NCBI GenBank assembly: GCA_965246885.1 | Contig: OZ251992.1 | Coordinates: 1,280,001-1,344,000 of the forward strand | Length of the DNA: 64,000 nucleotides | DNA from: Abditibacterium sp. | GTDB lineage: Bacteria > Armatimonadota > Abditibacteriia > Abditibacteriales > Abditibacteriaceae | Direction: 5' to 3' | Part shown: positions 39,401 through 47,839 of the stretch, piece by piece | How positions within the stretch are numbered: the stretch's first letter is position 1 | How the letters are laid out: each line of letters starts with the position of its first letter | Program-made: the position numbers and the translations under genes | The notes under the pieces: model-generated | Seen by the model: only the letters and a program-made list of their open reading frames with translations | Told to the model about the DNA's origin: nothing | Database searches by the model: none

Positions 39401-40183
39401 GTCGAAAACGCGCGCGGCTTCGTGCCCGACGTGATTCGCTCTGAGTAACGAAGCGCCGATAGGGACTTCCACTTCCACGCCATCCCCCTGATTCGTCGGC
39501 ACTTCGCCGTCTTTGGTGACGGTGCCGATGCCCGCCATGTCGAGGGCGCATCGGAAGGTTTTGGCCCTCCCGCCTTGGAAGGTCGAGACGCGGAACTCGT
39601 CAGCGTAAGCGTAGGCGGCGCGCGCGCCGAAGTCGGAAGTGACGGCGGGCGAGAGGGCGTAGCGCGCGAGAACTTCGGCTTCGGTTGGGACGGCGCCATA
39701 CGAGCGGACGCGGAAGCGGGGGTCTTGGGCGGTCGGAAGCCAAACATCGAAGGGCGTGTCGCCGATGCCCGCCGCGTCGTGGAAAGCGCGCGCTTCGAGG
39801 GCGATTTCGCGGATGAGCGCGGCGATGGGGTTCGAGTAGCGCAGCGCGACGGGCAAAGCCGCGCGGTTGACGCCGATGACGGCGGGCGCACTTTGAATCG
39901 GCGCGGGCGAAGTGTTGGCGGGTGTCGCGGCGCGGGGCGCGTAGCGAAATGGGGGCGTCGCGGCCTTGACCGAAGCGTCGGGCGCGCGGTCGTAACCGGG
40001 CATCTGCCCACCCGAAAACATCGTTTGCACCACGCCGTTGACAAGGGGGTGCGGCACTTCGACGCCCGCTCCCAAGCGGCGCCGCACCTCCAGCGTTATC
40101 TCGTAGGCTGTGAACGAGGCGCCCGCCACGACTTGATCCAAAACGGTCTGGCGCGCTTCTAATTCGATTTGGGGGTTAGTCAT
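36425..40183 (-). CDS. 1252-aa protein: small N-terminal domain, degenerate RIIA-like GHKL region, C-terminal HEAT/ARM repeats
   Basis: YSNPIAALIREI...PRFRVRSYG...AYADEFRVST...GVEVEVPI; C-terminal helical repeats LRLMESGLP, LALCDSP, RDREWALAQL. Confidence 0.75.
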   Translation of the reverse strand: MTNPQIELEARQTVLDQVVAGASFTAYEITLEVRRRLGAGVEVPHPLVNGVVQTMFSGGQMPGYDRAPDASVKAATPPFRYAPRAATPANTSPAPIQSAPAVIGVNRAALPVALRYSNPIAALIREIALEARAFHDAAGIGDTPFDVWLPTAQDPRFRVRSYGAVPTEAEVLARYALSPAVTSDFGARAAYAYADEFRVSTFQGGRAKTFRCALDMAGIGTVTKDGEVPTNQGDGVEVEVPIGASLLRANHVGHEAARVFDFFRVPPRVRGGALGGSQRGEVLFEGDRWKVTRGGSSFAVVDDVGFPVSTGLLLSRNLGGMRTSLGVELAFAPDKLEVSETGEALIFSGATQDRLAAAVVRLERELAPLLRERIASAPNIWEAKIRFAQLTGEMGDYLPRVLRSAGRPLEWSGIAIQNDWFNSFDRAQVTVRATSRTPFGTRLRTQDTPLTAQEDAVVFINDLGTKTGSPTRLLPYMAANPGVGRAYVLTFASDDAKARFFADNHFETVPTLLLSSLPKPASTRPKSLRLSLRLPFDPTKHAVLPPQNMALGAEGADFEKLRRELRGAPLDGATWPDFKRAWKALETRVWPLQTRARWKKTESDLPPDAPLATEREALLLGVLIGRLDSETARRGDPKRLPNGGPTRATVAYLTRRAERLLRFLAEQTELAPERRALLAPLVLGSLQRAQSGDIARTLAFRLGLQDTVFAARPDLVRALWSDDALPIPILAWAWEWLTRRGETPAATPEHALRFATSAAPQLALAVVRAALSANPNADWKPLARQLQEARFLPVRGELLLLFARFRQIEPSEGWVLRALDAPEADEPEVVAWATPLVEARARAAQFALAKQLLPTLRAVFCAALTGARPDGLTLAEWGTVAAQELLEPLAPALMAMKMAPAVAEWLWNQPALRAQFWQLGGEARFAEAFAARIEAAASAEDFDFAALLPPLGRAHFFAALAPNLSVATWRKLAALPSQTFADNLTALPLTGALWAFLSELDAPQGAAWLERIGRARANNAFAELPAHAVLPLMEANKGGLDSLLEAWFAAHLPTMAGDEPLLFAAATSLNEEFRAPALARLRQTPLNLRAGLRLMESGLPEGLALARPFFEAENDEWPARVLALCDSPKSETQHAGLDLLARFPARWTPALLEQLAQHDAPRVRAFVAAQLQTAPATAPIAAFDTSILNTRGSSRRAKNLVQLRLRHAQTTDVATLLDAARTGAGRDREWALAQLVRLRLSGVEVEGLRVSP

Positions 40184-40191
40184 AATCTTTA

Positions 40192-40250
40192 TCGCGCAGA
40201 GGCGCAAAGGCGCGGATGTAAAAAACCTTGGCGTCTTCGCGCCTTTGAGA
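40192..40250. repeat. REP-like inverted repeat (CGCGCAGAGGCGCAAAGGCGC family)
   Basis: CAAAGGCGCG pairs with CGCGCCTTTG. Confidence 0.6.
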
Positions 40251-40267
40251 GAGGCTTCTCACGCGCC

Positions 40268-41563
40268 TCACTCAAACTCCAGCAAATACACGGGGTTAGC
40301 TTGGGCGGTGTCGAAGATGATGACTTCGTCGTTGATGAGCCAGCCGGACTTTCCGGCGCGCGCCCAGTAGGAGTCGTAACCGGCGGGCGGGTTCTTGCTG
40401 GTCGTGGTCTTTGGCTCGAAATCGCGGCCAACGGCGACCTCGTTGAGGAACATATAAATTTTGCGCGTGCCCTTGCCGCCCCAAAAGCCGTTGGCGTATT
40501 GCAGCGATTTGGTCGAGGCGGGCGCGAAGTAGAGGCCGTTGCCAAAGGCTTTTCCGGCGATGTGGGCGGTCGAGGGCGGCGTCATCATAAAGCCGGACTT
40601 GAGGATGGACAAGACATTGGCGCTGGAAGTGCCGTGCCACAAGCGGTGGATGTTGCCTTTGGCGCGTCCGCGCTCCTCGAAGTTGCGCTTCATGCCCGCG
40701 ATTTCGACGGTGTAGACGTTGGCGAGATTTAGGTGCTTGATGGTGACGTGTTCGGTTTTGGCGGAGGTCTCGAAGTGGTGCTTGATGGCGTTAAACTCCG
40801 CGTCGTCGCGGAGTAGTTCAAGCGCGGTATCGAAGAGTTGCGGGACAGGTTCCGGCTCCTTGCCTTCTTCTTTGGGCGCAGTAAGCGCGGTCGTGAGACT
40901 CGCTTCAAGCGAGTCGAGGATGCCCAATTGTTTCTGGATTTCGGCATCGTCGGGGAAAAGCGACTTGGGATCGGGGCGGGTGCGGCCAAAGTCGCGCGGC
41001 ACGATGGTGAGGAACTGATTGACGAAATCAAGGTAGTCCTTGTCGTCCCAGATGCCCGCGTCCACTTTGTCCTTGATCTTCGAGAGCAGCAAACGCCCGT
41101 CCAAGATGCCGCCCTGCGTGATTAGCCCCGACGCGGTGGAGAACAACCCCGTCGCCGCGTTGTATTTGATGGCCGAGTTCGCGGTGATGTTGTGGATGTT
41201 TTGCGCGCACAGGAACGAAATGAGCGCCTTGACTTCGAGCGATTGGGTGCGGATTTGTTCGAGGGCGATCTGCTCCAATCCGGCGTTTTTGGCGCCCGCT
41301 CCAGTGGGAATGTTGGCGTCGAGAACGGGTTGCGGCTTGTAGCCCTTGGCGGTCTTTTCGCGCAGCTTGGAGTTGAAAAGCCGCTCGCCGCCCGCTTGGG
41401 TGGTGTCGGACTGCGTTTGCAGTTCGCCGCCGGAGTTCTCGATGTAGCGACCGTAGCGGATGCGGACGGTGTCGTCCTCGTGGAGGTCGAGATAGTAGAA
41501 CTTGTTGTTGTTGGTGCCTACCGACACGAAAATGAGCCGTGCGCTTTGGGTAACTTTCGACAT
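40268..41563 (-). CDS. Poly(ADP-ribose) polymerase-like protein: WGR, PARP regulatory and PARP catalytic domains
   Basis: NNNKFY...RYGR...KTAKGY (WGR); NQFLTIVPRDFG (regulatory); LWHGT, FGNGLYFA, KSLQY, NDEVIIF (H-Y-E triad); GGAG RBS. Confidence 0.9.
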   Translation of the reverse strand: MSKVTQSARLIFVSVGTNNNKFYYLDLHEDDTVRIRYGRYIENSGGELQTQSDTTQAGGERLFNSKLREKTAKGYKPQPVLDANIPTGAGAKNAGLEQIALEQIRTQSLEVKALISFLCAQNIHNITANSAIKYNAATGLFSTASGLITQGGILDGRLLLSKIKDKVDAGIWDDKDYLDFVNQFLTIVPRDFGRTRPDPKSLFPDDAEIQKQLGILDSLEASLTTALTAPKEEGKEPEPVPQLFDTALELLRDDAEFNAIKHHFETSAKTEHVTIKHLNLANVYTVEIAGMKRNFEERGRAKGNIHRLWHGTSSANVLSILKSGFMMTPPSTAHIAGKAFGNGLYFAPASTKSLQYANGFWGGKGTRKIYMFLNEVAVGRDFEPKTTTSKNPPAGYDSYWARAGKSGWLINDEVIIFDTAQANPVYLLEFE

Positions 41564-41639
41564 GGTGATTCTCCCGACGCGGCAAAGGCGTTGGATAAAG
41601 GGTTCTCGCGGAAGAGAATTGGGTTGTCAAAACAAAGAA

Positions 41640-41910
41640 ACAAAGTGGGGCGGCACGCAGCTTTACCAACCGAGACGGGCGCCAGTCGCTGTAACCCGGT
41701 TTGCGGGGCGCGCGCCATATGTCGCACCGGTTGTGTCGTAGCCCCGTAGGGAAGCTACCGTGCGACACAACCGGTGCGACATATGGCGCGCGCCCCGCAA
41801 ACCGGGTGAAAACACACCGGCGACCCGTGCTGCAAGCGCAGCGAAAAGGGAAGTCATTGCTCGTCCGGCGAAACACCGGACACATTGCCAACGCCCCGCT
41901 CCACCATGTT
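41640..41910 (-). ncRNA. Candidate retron msr-msd ncRNA
   Basis: Perfect 45-bp hairpin (41694-41738 / 41763-41807), two small 5' hairpins (41829-41842, 41863-41881), terminal complementary segments (about 41642-41655 / 41886-41902); lies between a promoter and the RT operon. Confidence 0.7.
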
Positions 41911-41917
41911 GACGGAG

Positions 41918-41946
41918 AATTTATCGCACTTCTCAGTCCAGCGCAA
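41918..41946 (-). promoter_or_regulatory. Putative sigma70 promoter for the ncRNA-PARP-RT operon
   Basis: Minus strand TTGCGC-N17-TAAATT. Confidence 0.5.
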
Positions 41947-41991
41947 GGGGGAAAAGCGAGTTTTTTTTGAATCGGATGAAAGCGCTCGGAA

Positions 41992-42013
41992 GAAAGCGAA
42001 TAAATTCGCTTTC
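41992..42013. repeat. Single REP-like palindrome GAAAGCGAATAAATTCGCTTTC
   Basis: Same core as 549-628. Confidence 0.7.
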
Positions 42014-42051
42014 CTCTATTGCACCGCTCCCGTCTAAACTGCGCCCTTCAT

Positions 42052-43107
42052 ATGAGCAACCCTTTAAAAGTGGGCGTTATCGGCGTGGGCGGCATCGCCG
42101 CCACGCATTTTCCCGGCTGGAAAGCCTCCGAAAACTCCGAACTCGTTGGCTTCGCCGACCCGGTCGCGCCCGTTTTGGCGCGCGTCGCCAAAGAGCACGG
42201 CATCACCAAAACCTACGAGAAGCCCGAAGACCTGATCAACGACCCGGACATTGACTTGATTGACATTTGCACCCCCTCGGCGTATCACGCGCCGCTCGCT
42301 ATTGCGGCGCTGAACGCGGGCAAGCACGTCATTTGCGAAAAGCCGCTCGCGCCCACGCCCAAAGACATCGAGGACATGATCGCCGCGCGCGACAAGTCGG
42401 GCAAATACCTGATGACCGCGCAGCACTTCCGCTTCCAAACCGATACGCAAGCCCTCAAGCGCGAAATCGAGGACGGTATCTTGGGCGACGTGTATCACGC
42501 CCGCTCGTGGATGCTGCGCCGCAACGCCCTTCCGACCGGACGCGGGTTCATCCTCAAGAAGAACTCCGGCGGCGGGCCGTGCATTGACATCGGCGTCCAC
42601 ATTCTCGACCTGACGCTGTGGATGATGGGGCACCCCAAACCCGTGTCCGTTTCGGGCGTCACGCAGGACAAGCTGTCGCGCATCCCCGGCGCGTTTTCGT
42701 CGTGGGGCGGAGATGTGCCGCAAGAGATGGACGTCGAAGAGTTCGCCTCGGCCTTTGTGCGCTTCGACAACGGCGCGACGCTCATCTTGGAAGTCTCTTG
42801 GATGCTGCATCACCCCACGTCGGGCGAGGATATGCAAATGTGGTTGTATGGCACCCAAAGCGGCTCGCATTGGCCCTCGCAGCGCATCGTCACCTCAAAC
42901 AACACCACCAAGCGCAAGTCGGACATCCAACTGTCACACGTGGACGAGGGCATGGAGCCGCATGCCGCCGAGTGCGTCGCCTTTGCCAAAGCCATCACCG
43001 AGGGCGCCCCCTCGCCCGTGCCCGCCGAGCAATCGCGCGACGTGCAACTCATTCTCAATGGCCTCTACGAGTCCGCCGCGACCGGCGCCGAAGTGCGGCT
43101 GGCGTAG
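42052..43107 (+). CDS. Gfo/Idh/MocA-family oxidoreductase
   Basis: GVIGVGGIA, GKHVICEKP, GGGPCIDIGVH. Confidence 0.93.
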   Translation: MSNPLKVGVIGVGGIAATHFPGWKASENSELVGFADPVAPVLARVAKEHGITKTYEKPEDLINDPDIDLIDICTPSAYHAPLAIAALNAGKHVICEKPLAPTPKDIEDMIAARDKSGKYLMTAQHFRFQTDTQALKREIEDGILGDVYHARSWMLRRNALPTGRGFILKKNSGGGPCIDIGVHILDLTLWMMGHPKPVSVSGVTQDKLSRIPGAFSSWGGDVPQEMDVEEFASAFVRFDNGATLILEVSWMLHHPTSGEDMQMWLYGTQSGSHWPSQRIVTSNNTTKRKSDIQLSHVDEGMEPHAAECVAFAKAITEGAPSPVPAEQSRDVQLILNGLYESAATGAEVRLA

Positions 43108-43114
43108 ACCGTGC

Positions 43115-43387
43115 TGGGTCAAGCGTTGGCCCACATGGGTCAAGCGTTGGCCCACATGGGTCAAGCGTTGGCCCACATGGGTCAAGCGTTGGCCCACATG
43201 GGTCAAGCGTTGGCCCACATGGGTCAAGCGTTGGCCCACATGGGTCAAGCGTTGGCCCACATGGGTCAAGCGTTGGCCCACATGGGTCAAGCGTTGGCCC
43301 ACATGGGTCAAGCGTTGGCCCACATGGGTCAAGCGTTGGCCCACATGGGTCAAGCGTTGGCCCACATGGGTCAAGCGTTGGCCCGCA
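43115..43387. repeat. Tandem repeat TGGGTCAAGCGTTGGCCCACA x13 (21 bp, no spacers)
   Basis: 12 identical copies plus one with a single mismatch; degenerate continuation to about 43490. Confidence 0.97.
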
Positions 43388-43687
43388 TTGGCGACGTGTC
43401 CGCCCATGTTCGGGGCGTTCGCCCCATGCCGGGCAACGCTTGACCCAGCCCGGCGAGGCGTTGCCCCGTGCGGGGGATTCGCACCCCGGAGCCGTTCACC
43501 CGCCGCGAGCCGTTGCTCGCGGCGGGTTTTGTTTGGGCGGGGGTGTCTCCAAGCCCGGCGACCAGAGCGCCGGGGGCGGCGGGGCGCGGAAAAATAATTT
43601 TTGCCCTTTCGCCGGAAAAGTGTTAGACGGCGGGGCGAAGTGGGTATATTGAAGGAAGCCTGTCCTGATTGTGGGCGATTATCTCCG

Positions 43688-44821
43688 ATGGCCACCCGTG
43701 CAAAGACCGATGTGAAACGCGAGCAACTCAAAGAGGCGCTACGCTCTCGGTGCCGTACCGGAGAATGGGAGGCGCACAAGCCGGTGCCTCCGGTGCGCGA
43801 TTTGGCGGGCGAGTTCGGTTTGTCCAAAGATGTCGTCGTGGGCACCCTACGCCAGTTGGTGGATGAGGGCTTGCTGTACACCCTGCCGCGCGTTGGAACG
43901 TTTGTAGGCGCACAGAAAAGCGCGGCGGGGCGCGTTTTTCTGATGACCGAGGGTAGCGCCAAGGAAAGAGTCGAGGGGTTTCACGGCGTGCGTGCCGGTT
44001 GGGAAGCAACCCTTGCCGATGCGGGTGGCTCGACGCTCGTTATGGAAGCGAGCGAGGCTTTGGCCCACGAGCGCGCGGGCGAGTTGCCGCCGCTCGCGGG
44101 CGTTCTCGATTTGGCCTATGAACCGGACGGTTTCGCGTGGAAGCGCGAAGCGGCCACCGCCACGCCTTGCGTTCGGTTTCACGTCGAGCGCGACGACGGG
44201 CTGGGCTACGACGAAGTCGGCTTTGACGACGTGGCGGGCGGGCGCGAAGCCGCCTTGTATTTGCGGGCGCGCGGGCACGAGCGCATCGGCTTTCTGGGAG
44301 TTCACTCCTTGCGGGGCGGGGCGGCCTCGTTGTTATGGTCGAAAGAGCGCGAAGCGGGTTGGCGGAGTGTGGTCGGTGCTTTGGCCCCGTCATGGCATCC
44401 GACGCGGGTCGCCAAAGTTAGGACAAGTGCCGTGTCCTTTGAGTTGGGGCGCGAAGGTGCGTCGTTTTGGGCGGAGCAAAACGTGTCGGCTTTGGTGGTC
44501 GCCAACAGCGCGGCGGCGCGCGGTTTGTTGGCGGGCTTGCGTTCGCTGGGCATCGCGCCCGACGGTTGGCCTTCGCTTGTGGCCTTTGATGACGACGAAG
44601 CGGCGGGGCCGCAACTGTTGTCGGCGCTGCGCTTGCCTTGGGACGAACTGGGCCGCGCCGCCGCCAATCTACTGCTTGCGCGAAGTGAGGGGCGCTTGAC
44701 GGGCGCGCCCTCGCTTCGCCGCGTGGAAATGAAGCTCATTCCCCGCCTGACGTGCCGTCCCAACGACGGCCAAACCGGAGCACACGGCGCGCTGTGGCAT
44801 CGAGCCGCCCTCGCCGTCTAA
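43688..44821 (+). CDS. GntR-HTH / LacI-type sugar-binding-domain transcriptional regulator
   Basis: PPVRDLAGEFGLS...LVDEGLL...GTFV; GHERIGFL, SLVAFDD. Confidence 0.88.
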   Translation: MATRAKTDVKREQLKEALRSRCRTGEWEAHKPVPPVRDLAGEFGLSKDVVVGTLRQLVDEGLLYTLPRVGTFVGAQKSAAGRVFLMTEGSAKERVEGFHGVRAGWEATLADAGGSTLVMEASEALAHERAGELPPLAGVLDLAYEPDGFAWKREAATATPCVRFHVERDDGLGYDEVGFDDVAGGREAALYLRARGHERIGFLGVHSLRGGAASLLWSKEREAGWRSVVGALAPSWHPTRVAKVRTSAVSFELGREGASFWAEQNVSALVVANSAAARGLLAGLRSLGIAPDGWPSLVAFDDDEAAGPQLLSALRLPWDELGRAAANLLLARSEGRLTGAPSLRRVEMKLIPRLTCRPNDGQTGAHGALWHRAALAV

Positions 44822-44848
44822 CCGGAACCCATCGGAAACCTAACCATC

Positions 44849-45676
44849 ATGTATACCGTTCCCAGACGCCGCGACGTGCGGCTCGCTTTCACGCTCATAG
44901 AATTGCTCGTAGTTATCGCTATCATCGCAATTCTCGCGGCCATTTTGTTCCCCGCCTTCGCCCGCGCCCGCGAAAACGCCCGCAAGGCTTCTTGTATGTC
45001 CAACATGAAGCAGTTGGGCTTGGGCTTCATTCAATACACACAGGACTACGACGAGAAGCTTCCCATCCAAGACGACGGCCCCAACTGCTGTGGCGGCCAA
45101 CAACGGCGCGGGCGCGGTTGGGCCGGACGCATGTATCCCTACGTCAAAAGCCGCCAGCTGTTCCGTTGCCCCAGCGACAGTTCGGGGGCGCAGTATCAAA
45201 CCTCCTACTCCATGAACAACAACCTCAGCAACTGGAGCGGTTATGGCGGCATCGAAGGCAAAATCTCGGCGATGGCCGCGCCCGCCAAGACCGTCATGGC
45301 TTTTGAGATCAGCAACGGTATGCCTTACCACGACATCACCGACCCCAACGAGCAAGTGTCTCCTTCCTCGAACGGCACCAAACTCGTCAATAACGCTTTT
45401 GACGGTCTTGACAGCGACGGCACTCCAGCCACCCACGCGACGGGTTATATGGGCGGGCGCGGCAACGCCAACTCGCAGTTCCCCACGCCCAATGGTCGTC
45501 ACCTCGACGGCTCGAACTTCCTCTTGGCCGATGGGCATGTGAAATGGCTGCGCGGCGATGCCGTTTCGAGCGGCGATGTGGCTACCAACGAAACCGACGC
45601 CCAGATCAGCAATCAAGCCGAAGGCACCGCCTACTCTGGTACAGGCGGACATAGCGTGACTTTCTCCACGAAATAA
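44849..45676 (+). CDS. DUF1559 / prepilin-type N-terminal cleavage-methylation protein with H-X9-DG motif
   Basis: [58 protein letters not shown]. Confidence 0.92.
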   Translation: MYTVPRRRDVRLAFTLIELLVVIAIIAILAAILFPAFARARENARKASCMSNMKQLGLGFIQYTQDYDEKLPIQDDGPNCCGGQQRRGRGWAGRMYPYVKSRQLFRCPSDSSGAQYQTSYSMNNNLSNWSGYGGIEGKISAMAAPAKTVMAFEISNGMPYHDITDPNEQVSPSSNGTKLVNNAFDGLDSDGTPATHATGYMGGRGNANSQFPTPNGRHLDGSNFLLADGHVKWLRGDAVSSGDVATNETDAQISNQAEGTAYSGTGGHSVTFSTK

Positions 45677-45730
45677 GTGGCCCCAACCCCGGCGCGCGAA
45701 CCGGGAGGTTCGCGCGCCGTTTTGCGTCCC

Positions 45731-47839
45731 ATGAAATCTCTCTCTCTTCTTCTTGTAGCCCTTTCTGCTGCTCCCGCCTCCGCCCAACCCGCGCTTCATT
45801 GGCGCCCCGTGAACGAGCCGGGTGTTGGCGGAGCTATCGTTGCGATGGCGGTTTCGCCCTTTGACTCCAAGCGCGTTCTGCTCAGTGGCGATATGCTTGG
45901 CGCGACCGTTTCCACCGATGGCGGCGATTCGTGGGGGCCGACCTTTGGCTTCAAGGGCTGGGAGATGGGCGACTTCACGTTTTCGCCCGCCAACGCCAAG
46001 GAAGTTTGGGTGGGCAGTATGAGCGGGCCGTACAAGTCGCCCGATGGCGGCGTGCATTGGGCCGAAAAGCGCGGCGGCTTCCCCGCATATGACCACTTCT
46101 CGGCGCCCGTCCAAAAGGTGCTCTACGATCCGCGCACGCCCGGTCGCTTGCTCGCGTTTGGCGGTAATCACCGCGGGTTCTCCTCGCTCGCCGATACCGC
46201 CAAGTGGGGCGCCGTGTGGGAGTCCAAGGACGACGGCGATACTTGGGCGCTCCTGACCACGCTGGGCGCGGGCGCCAAAGGCTCCGGCTGGAACATCTTC
46301 CAAGCCGCTTACGCCGCCGATGGCAAAACCCTCTTCGTCGCGTGCAAAGAGCACGGTGTGTGGAAGTCGGGCGACGGCGGCAAAACGTGGACGGAAGCGA
46401 ACGCAGGTCTGCCCAACCAGAACGTTGGCTTCTTGGCGGTTCACCCCCGAAACGCCGCCGTGTTGTGGTGCGTCTTGGACGCCGAAGGCGTCTACAAGTC
46501 CGTTGACGGCGGCGCGACATGGAAGCCCTCGAACACCGGCATGGACGCGGGCGGCGGCTACCAGTCGCTTGTTGTCGCGCCCTCCAACCCCGACATCCTT
46601 TTCGCGGGCGCTTACGGCAAGCAGAAAGTGTGGAAGTCCGTTGACGGCGGCGCGCACTGGGCTGTTGTCCAAGACGGCGCCAACACCCCGCTTTCCGTCA
46701 CGCCCTTCGCCCCGCAACCGTCGTGGCTGGCCGTTGACCCGCGCAATGCCAACACTATTTGGTCTATGAACTGGGTGTCGCCCTTCCGTTCGCGCGACGG
46801 CGGCAAAACGTGGCACAACACCGGCGACGCCGAAGTCGCGGGCGGCAAATGGCGCGGGCGCGGCTTTTCGGGCTACGTTTCGACCGATGTCGAGTGGAAC
46901 CCTTACAACCCCAAACAAGCGTTCTTGACCGCGATGGACGACGGCAAGTTTCTTCAGTCGAGCGATGATTTGAACAGTTGGCAATGGGGCGGCGCGGGCC
47001 TCAAACGCTTTGGCGGCGCGTCCGATGTCGCGTTTGGCGCCGATGGCAAAACCATCTTCGGCGCGGTCGGGCAGTTTGGCGCCACGTGGCTCGATGTCGG
47101 CATCGCCCGCTCCGTTGATGGCGGCGCCAATTGGGATTACCTGCCCAAACCTGCGGGCGTGGACGGTGGCGCGGTCACGTCGCGCGTTGTCGTAGACCCC
47201 GCCAACACTCGCCGCGTATGGACGGTATGGGGCGACAGGGTCTACTACACGGCTGATGCGGGCGCGAACTGGCGCGAAATCACTGTCAACGGCGCCGATG
47301 GCAAGCCGGACGCCCTGCTTGACCTTGCGCAGAACCCGCGCGACGCGAACGACTTGTGGCTCGCCGGACGCGGCGGCGTGTATCGCGCCAAGGACGGCGC
47401 CACCTTTTTCCCCGTCGCGGGCGGCCCGACCAACTGGCAATGGGGCACGACGGCCCTCACGGTTGACCCCACAAACGCCGAGCGCATCTACGCTTGCAAC
47501 TGGAACGCCCTCGACGGCAAGGGCGCGTGGAAGTGGGAAGCGGGCGCGTGGACGAAACTGGCAGGCGACTACTTCGGCGCCGACATCCGCTTGATCCGCA
47601 AACTCGCCGTTTGCCCCAACAACCCGCAACTGCTGGCAATGTGCACCAACGACGATCCTTGGCAGGACGTATCGGGCGCGAGCGGCGTGTACCTGTCGCG
47701 CGATGGCGGCGCACATTGGGCCGCGCAAAACGACGGCTTGCCGATGCTGCGCGCCAAAACCCTCGCTTTCTCACCCGACGGCAAAACCCTCGTCGTCGGC
47801 CTCAACGGGCGCGGCTTCTATCGGGCGGACGTGCCTTAA
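45731..47839 (+). CDS. Secreted BNR/Asp-box beta-propeller protein (GH74/sialidase-like)
   Basis: Signal peptide; many SxDGGxxW repeats. Confidence 0.85.
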   Translation: MKSLSLLLVALSAAPASAQPALHWRPVNEPGVGGAIVAMAVSPFDSKRVLLSGDMLGATVSTDGGDSWGPTFGFKGWEMGDFTFSPANAKEVWVGSMSGPYKSPDGGVHWAEKRGGFPAYDHFSAPVQKVLYDPRTPGRLLAFGGNHRGFSSLADTAKWGAVWESKDDGDTWALLTTLGAGAKGSGWNIFQAAYAADGKTLFVACKEHGVWKSGDGGKTWTEANAGLPNQNVGFLAVHPRNAAVLWCVLDAEGVYKSVDGGATWKPSNTGMDAGGGYQSLVVAPSNPDILFAGAYGKQKVWKSVDGGAHWAVVQDGANTPLSVTPFAPQPSWLAVDPRNANTIWSMNWVSPFRSRDGGKTWHNTGDAEVAGGKWRGRGFSGYVSTDVEWNPYNPKQAFLTAMDDGKFLQSSDDLNSWQWGGAGLKRFGGASDVAFGADGKTIFGAVGQFGATWLDVGIARSVDGGANWDYLPKPAGVDGGAVTSRVVVDPANTRRVWTVWGDRVYYTADAGANWREITVNGADGKPDALLDLAQNPRDANDLWLAGRGGVYRAKDGATFFPVAGGPTNWQWGTTALTVDPTNAERIYACNWNALDGKGAWKWEAGAWTKLAGDYFGADIRLIRKLAVCPNNPQLLAMCTNDDPWQDVSGASGVYLSRDGGAHWAAQNDGLPMLRAKTLAFSPDGKTLVVGLNGRGFYRADVP

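Noticed and set aside
43115..43387. CRISPR array
   Set aside because: Units are contiguous with no unique spacers, and no cas genes are present in the window.
44840..47728. 962-aa minus-strand ORF, and similar long antisense ORFs (6458-7552, 3299-4528, 47494-49323, 51877-53661)
   Set aside because: Shadow frames of well-supported genes in GC-rich DNA, with no recognisable motifs.
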